Below, in pieces: positions 61,290-64,000 of a stretch of 64,000 bases of DNA. The position numbers were made by a program, and so were the translations under genes. Positions within the stretch are counted from its first letter, which is position 1. Every line of letters starts with the position of its first letter. The stretch is from Paragordius varius (Eukaryota > Animalia > Nematomorpha), in contig OZ176055.1 in NCBI GenBank assembly GCA_964247055.1, positions 4,402,001-4,466,000 on the forward strand, written 5' to 3'. The notes below the pieces were generated by a model. The model did no database searches. It was not told where the DNA came from and saw only the letters and a program-made list of their open reading frames with translations.

Positions 61290-61935
61290 CTCTAAAATTG
61301 CTTAATTTAAAATATTTGACTTTTGAATGGTTGTGATTTTGCTGAGTTTTGGGCGGTTCCATAGCTGGTTCACAAGTTTGGATTTTCGGATAAAAATGTC
61401 AATAAATCAGATTTAATGTTGCGGACTCTTTTATTATAAATTTACGAAATTTCATACTATTCCCTAAATTTATGAATTATTTTAAATTGATCTCTATGAC
61501 TGTATATATGAAAAACCGAAATGTTAATCTTTATACTCTGCATCAATGAATCATTTGAAAACATCAATGATTAAAAAGTATAGGTGGTAAAACTAATTAT
61601 TACTTATAAAAACCCTTTTCTCACCGACCTATCAATCGGCTTTGAACGGTTTTGATGTTTTGTATGTAAAATATTTCATAATCTTAAACTTTGAGTTTAT
61701 TTAAATCCTTAATAATACCATAATAATAAAAGTTGATTATTTAATCATTGGGTACATTTAGTAGAGAACTTTAAAATAAAGCAAATAAAAAAGCCACCCT
61801 TATTGCACCTATCGAAAAAATTTCGCAATTAATATCCACATAAATACTAATTAACATAATATTATCAAGGTTTAATAAATATGACTATTAAAAACATAAA
61901 ACATTTAAAACATATTTTCCCAAATTAAGGAAGTC

Positions 61936-62783
61936 CTAATTCCAGGACACAAATTGATTTGTTGGTGATTTGTTATAAGCTTGGGGATAACTCAAATATT
62001 TTTCCAGCGTATCCATGTGTAATTCCTTACCTATTTTGTTTAATTCACTCCTTGTAGAACCTTCTATATATATTATAAAAATAAATATGAATTTAGTTTT
62101 AAAAATTTACACCAAAAATATGGCACGTCTCATTTTTAAATATCGGCTATTTCCCCACGCCAAAGATCAAACGAAAAATATAAAATTTAGGTCCCGTTCT
62201 CCTTTATATTAAAAAGTGACGTTAAAATTTGATAGAATTCATAAAAGCTTTAAATCCCTGCTTAGAGCGGATAGTAATGGAAAACTGTGCAGTTTATAAA
62301 TTCGAACTTTGGCACACTGAGGCGGATAATGTGCGATCTGGCGTTTTAAAAACTTGACCACCACACCTATAAAACCAAATGTATCCAAAAAATGCCTTCG
62401 ATTAATAATAACTTTAATTACGAACCGAAGTGTTCTATTTGACCAGTATACATAAATTCCAACGCATATTCTAGCATGTTGCCTCTCATCATTTTGAAAA
62501 GAGAACTGCTTGTTAAATCCACCAATGTGATTTCGTTAAAGGATTGAATCTCTTCCTGATATGGACCACGAAGTATATGACAAAAATATTTACTGTAACA
62601 AGCCATTATAAGTTTATGAGCATGTAATGTTTCATACGAAGTTAAAATAGTCAAATCAAATGGCTGATGTGGAGATCTTGTACGATATTTGGAAATATGC
62701 ATACCCAATTTATATAAATGAATGCTTATTGGTGTCTTTAGGGTGTGTTTATAATTTAAAGCATTTTCAATTCGCATTTTCAT
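61936..62783 (-). CDS. BTB/POZ-domain protein; gene ends uncertain
   Basis: Exon 62783-62426 encodes DLTI...LHAHKLIMACYSKYF...GPYQE...EITLVD...LEYALEFMYTGQI, a BTB consensus. A phase-1 splice joins it to 62063-61936 (EGSTRSELNKIGKELHMDTL..., post-BTB helix). Confidence 0.72.
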
Positions 62784-64000
62784 TAATTTGGGTATATAAA
62801 GTATGCGTGTAAAATTAATTAAAATGACGTAAAATATCAATGATGTCGTTATTTTAAAATAAAAAATCAATTTTTGCGATTATAAATTAAGTTTTTTTTA
62901 ATTGGTAAATAAATATTATTATAAATGCAAATTTGGTTTTAGGCAAAGTTCAGAAAAACCCGGAGAACCAGTCAAAATTAAATAATCATTTCATATTAGC
63001 ACAAAGCATTTTTATTACTCTTTGTGTTTAATCCACGTAAATTGGCTTTTATCGCAAAAATATATACCGTAAAAGACAATAAAGTTAGAAAATGTTTTAT
63101 TAACGCCGTCCGTAATTTATTCGAAAAATCCAGAGAATTTTTACTTATCAAATGTTGAATTTTAACAAATTATTCTGAAAATTTCTGAAATTTATAAATT
63201 TATGTACAACATATAATGTTAAAGAAGGGAGGAATTAGATTGGCTAATACGAATGTTTTTAAATAGGTATTAACTCGTATACTTATAAAGTAATTTTTAA
63301 CCCAATTTTTGAGCCCCATTAAACACACCTATCAAGAGGGTTGGATTTATTGATGCAACGATTATAGAAATAACTGGTTAACCTTTAGGTGTTATCAAAA
63401 AATAAAATTAAAAATTTAATCATCTCTTTATGATGTTTAAGAGAACATAGAATCAGATAAAATCATTGCTATCTTATTCTAGCTTTTAACATAATTATAG
63501 ATGTGCAGATTGGCTATTATATATCGTATACGACTAATTTTAGATTTTAATCCTTTTAAAATACATCATAAATTAAGATGTATTTCTGGCGTTTTTTTTA
63601 TTAATTACGAAATAATTTTTTTTCTAAACGGTATAAATATTTATAATTTTTTTTTCTTGTTTTATGCACAGCAGTGGTTTCCAAAGTAAAGGACATCCCT
63701 TTGGGGTATGGAAAAAAGCGATGCTAGAAAAAATAATCCATACCTTTGTTACATACTAGCATAAAACCATAAGTTTTTGTTAGCATAAAAAATTAAAGAC
63801 AGTGTAGGTCGCATACCAAAAAAGGTTGGAAACTAACGCTTTATACTATGGACTTTTGTTTAATAACATTTTTAATATATTTTATATATACTATAAAATA
63901 GATTTTAACTGATTTTGAATTTTAAGTAGATTGCATTATCTGTGTCATTGCGTTTGTTATTTATTTTTCAAAATCGATTGTGTTGTAATTTAAAACTCAT

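Noticed and set aside
1-64000. Naming the species
   Set aside because: The genes indicate an animal and the ZP module looks cuticlin-like (ecdysozoan-like), but the sequence alone does not allow an assignment without a database search.

Overview
Very AT-rich (roughly 75-80% by eye) genomic DNA from an invertebrate animal, with spliced GT-AG genes and many transposon remnants. I saw no prokaryotic features, rRNA, tRNA or CRISPR array. By manual exon chaining I rebuilt eight genes: ZPR1 (+), DNAJC9 (+), MGAT1 (-), PTPMT1 (+), a probable TEN1 (-), a large cuticlin-like ZP-domain gene (-), a USP2/21-family deubiquitinase (-) and a BTB/POZ gene (-). The main finding is a separate class of 23-26 nt GT-AG micro-introns. 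Six well-supported cases occur in five conserved housekeeping genes, five of them as the first intron. They coexist with ordinary 54 bp to 3.9 kb introns, and none of the introns I defined is 27-53 nt. Three of these genes form a very compact cluster: the MGAT1 and PTPMT1 start codons are 77 bp apart head-to-head, and the PTPMT1 and TEN1 coding ends overlap by 19 nt. Intergenic and intronic DNA holds TTAA-target (piggyBac-like) MITEs nested in one another, Tc1-like and hAT-like MITEs, non-autonomous Helitrons and RTE-clade LINE fragments, one of which forms a large hairpin. Protein identities come from remembered family motifs, not database searches. Coordinates were counted by hand and may be off by a few bases for repeats.
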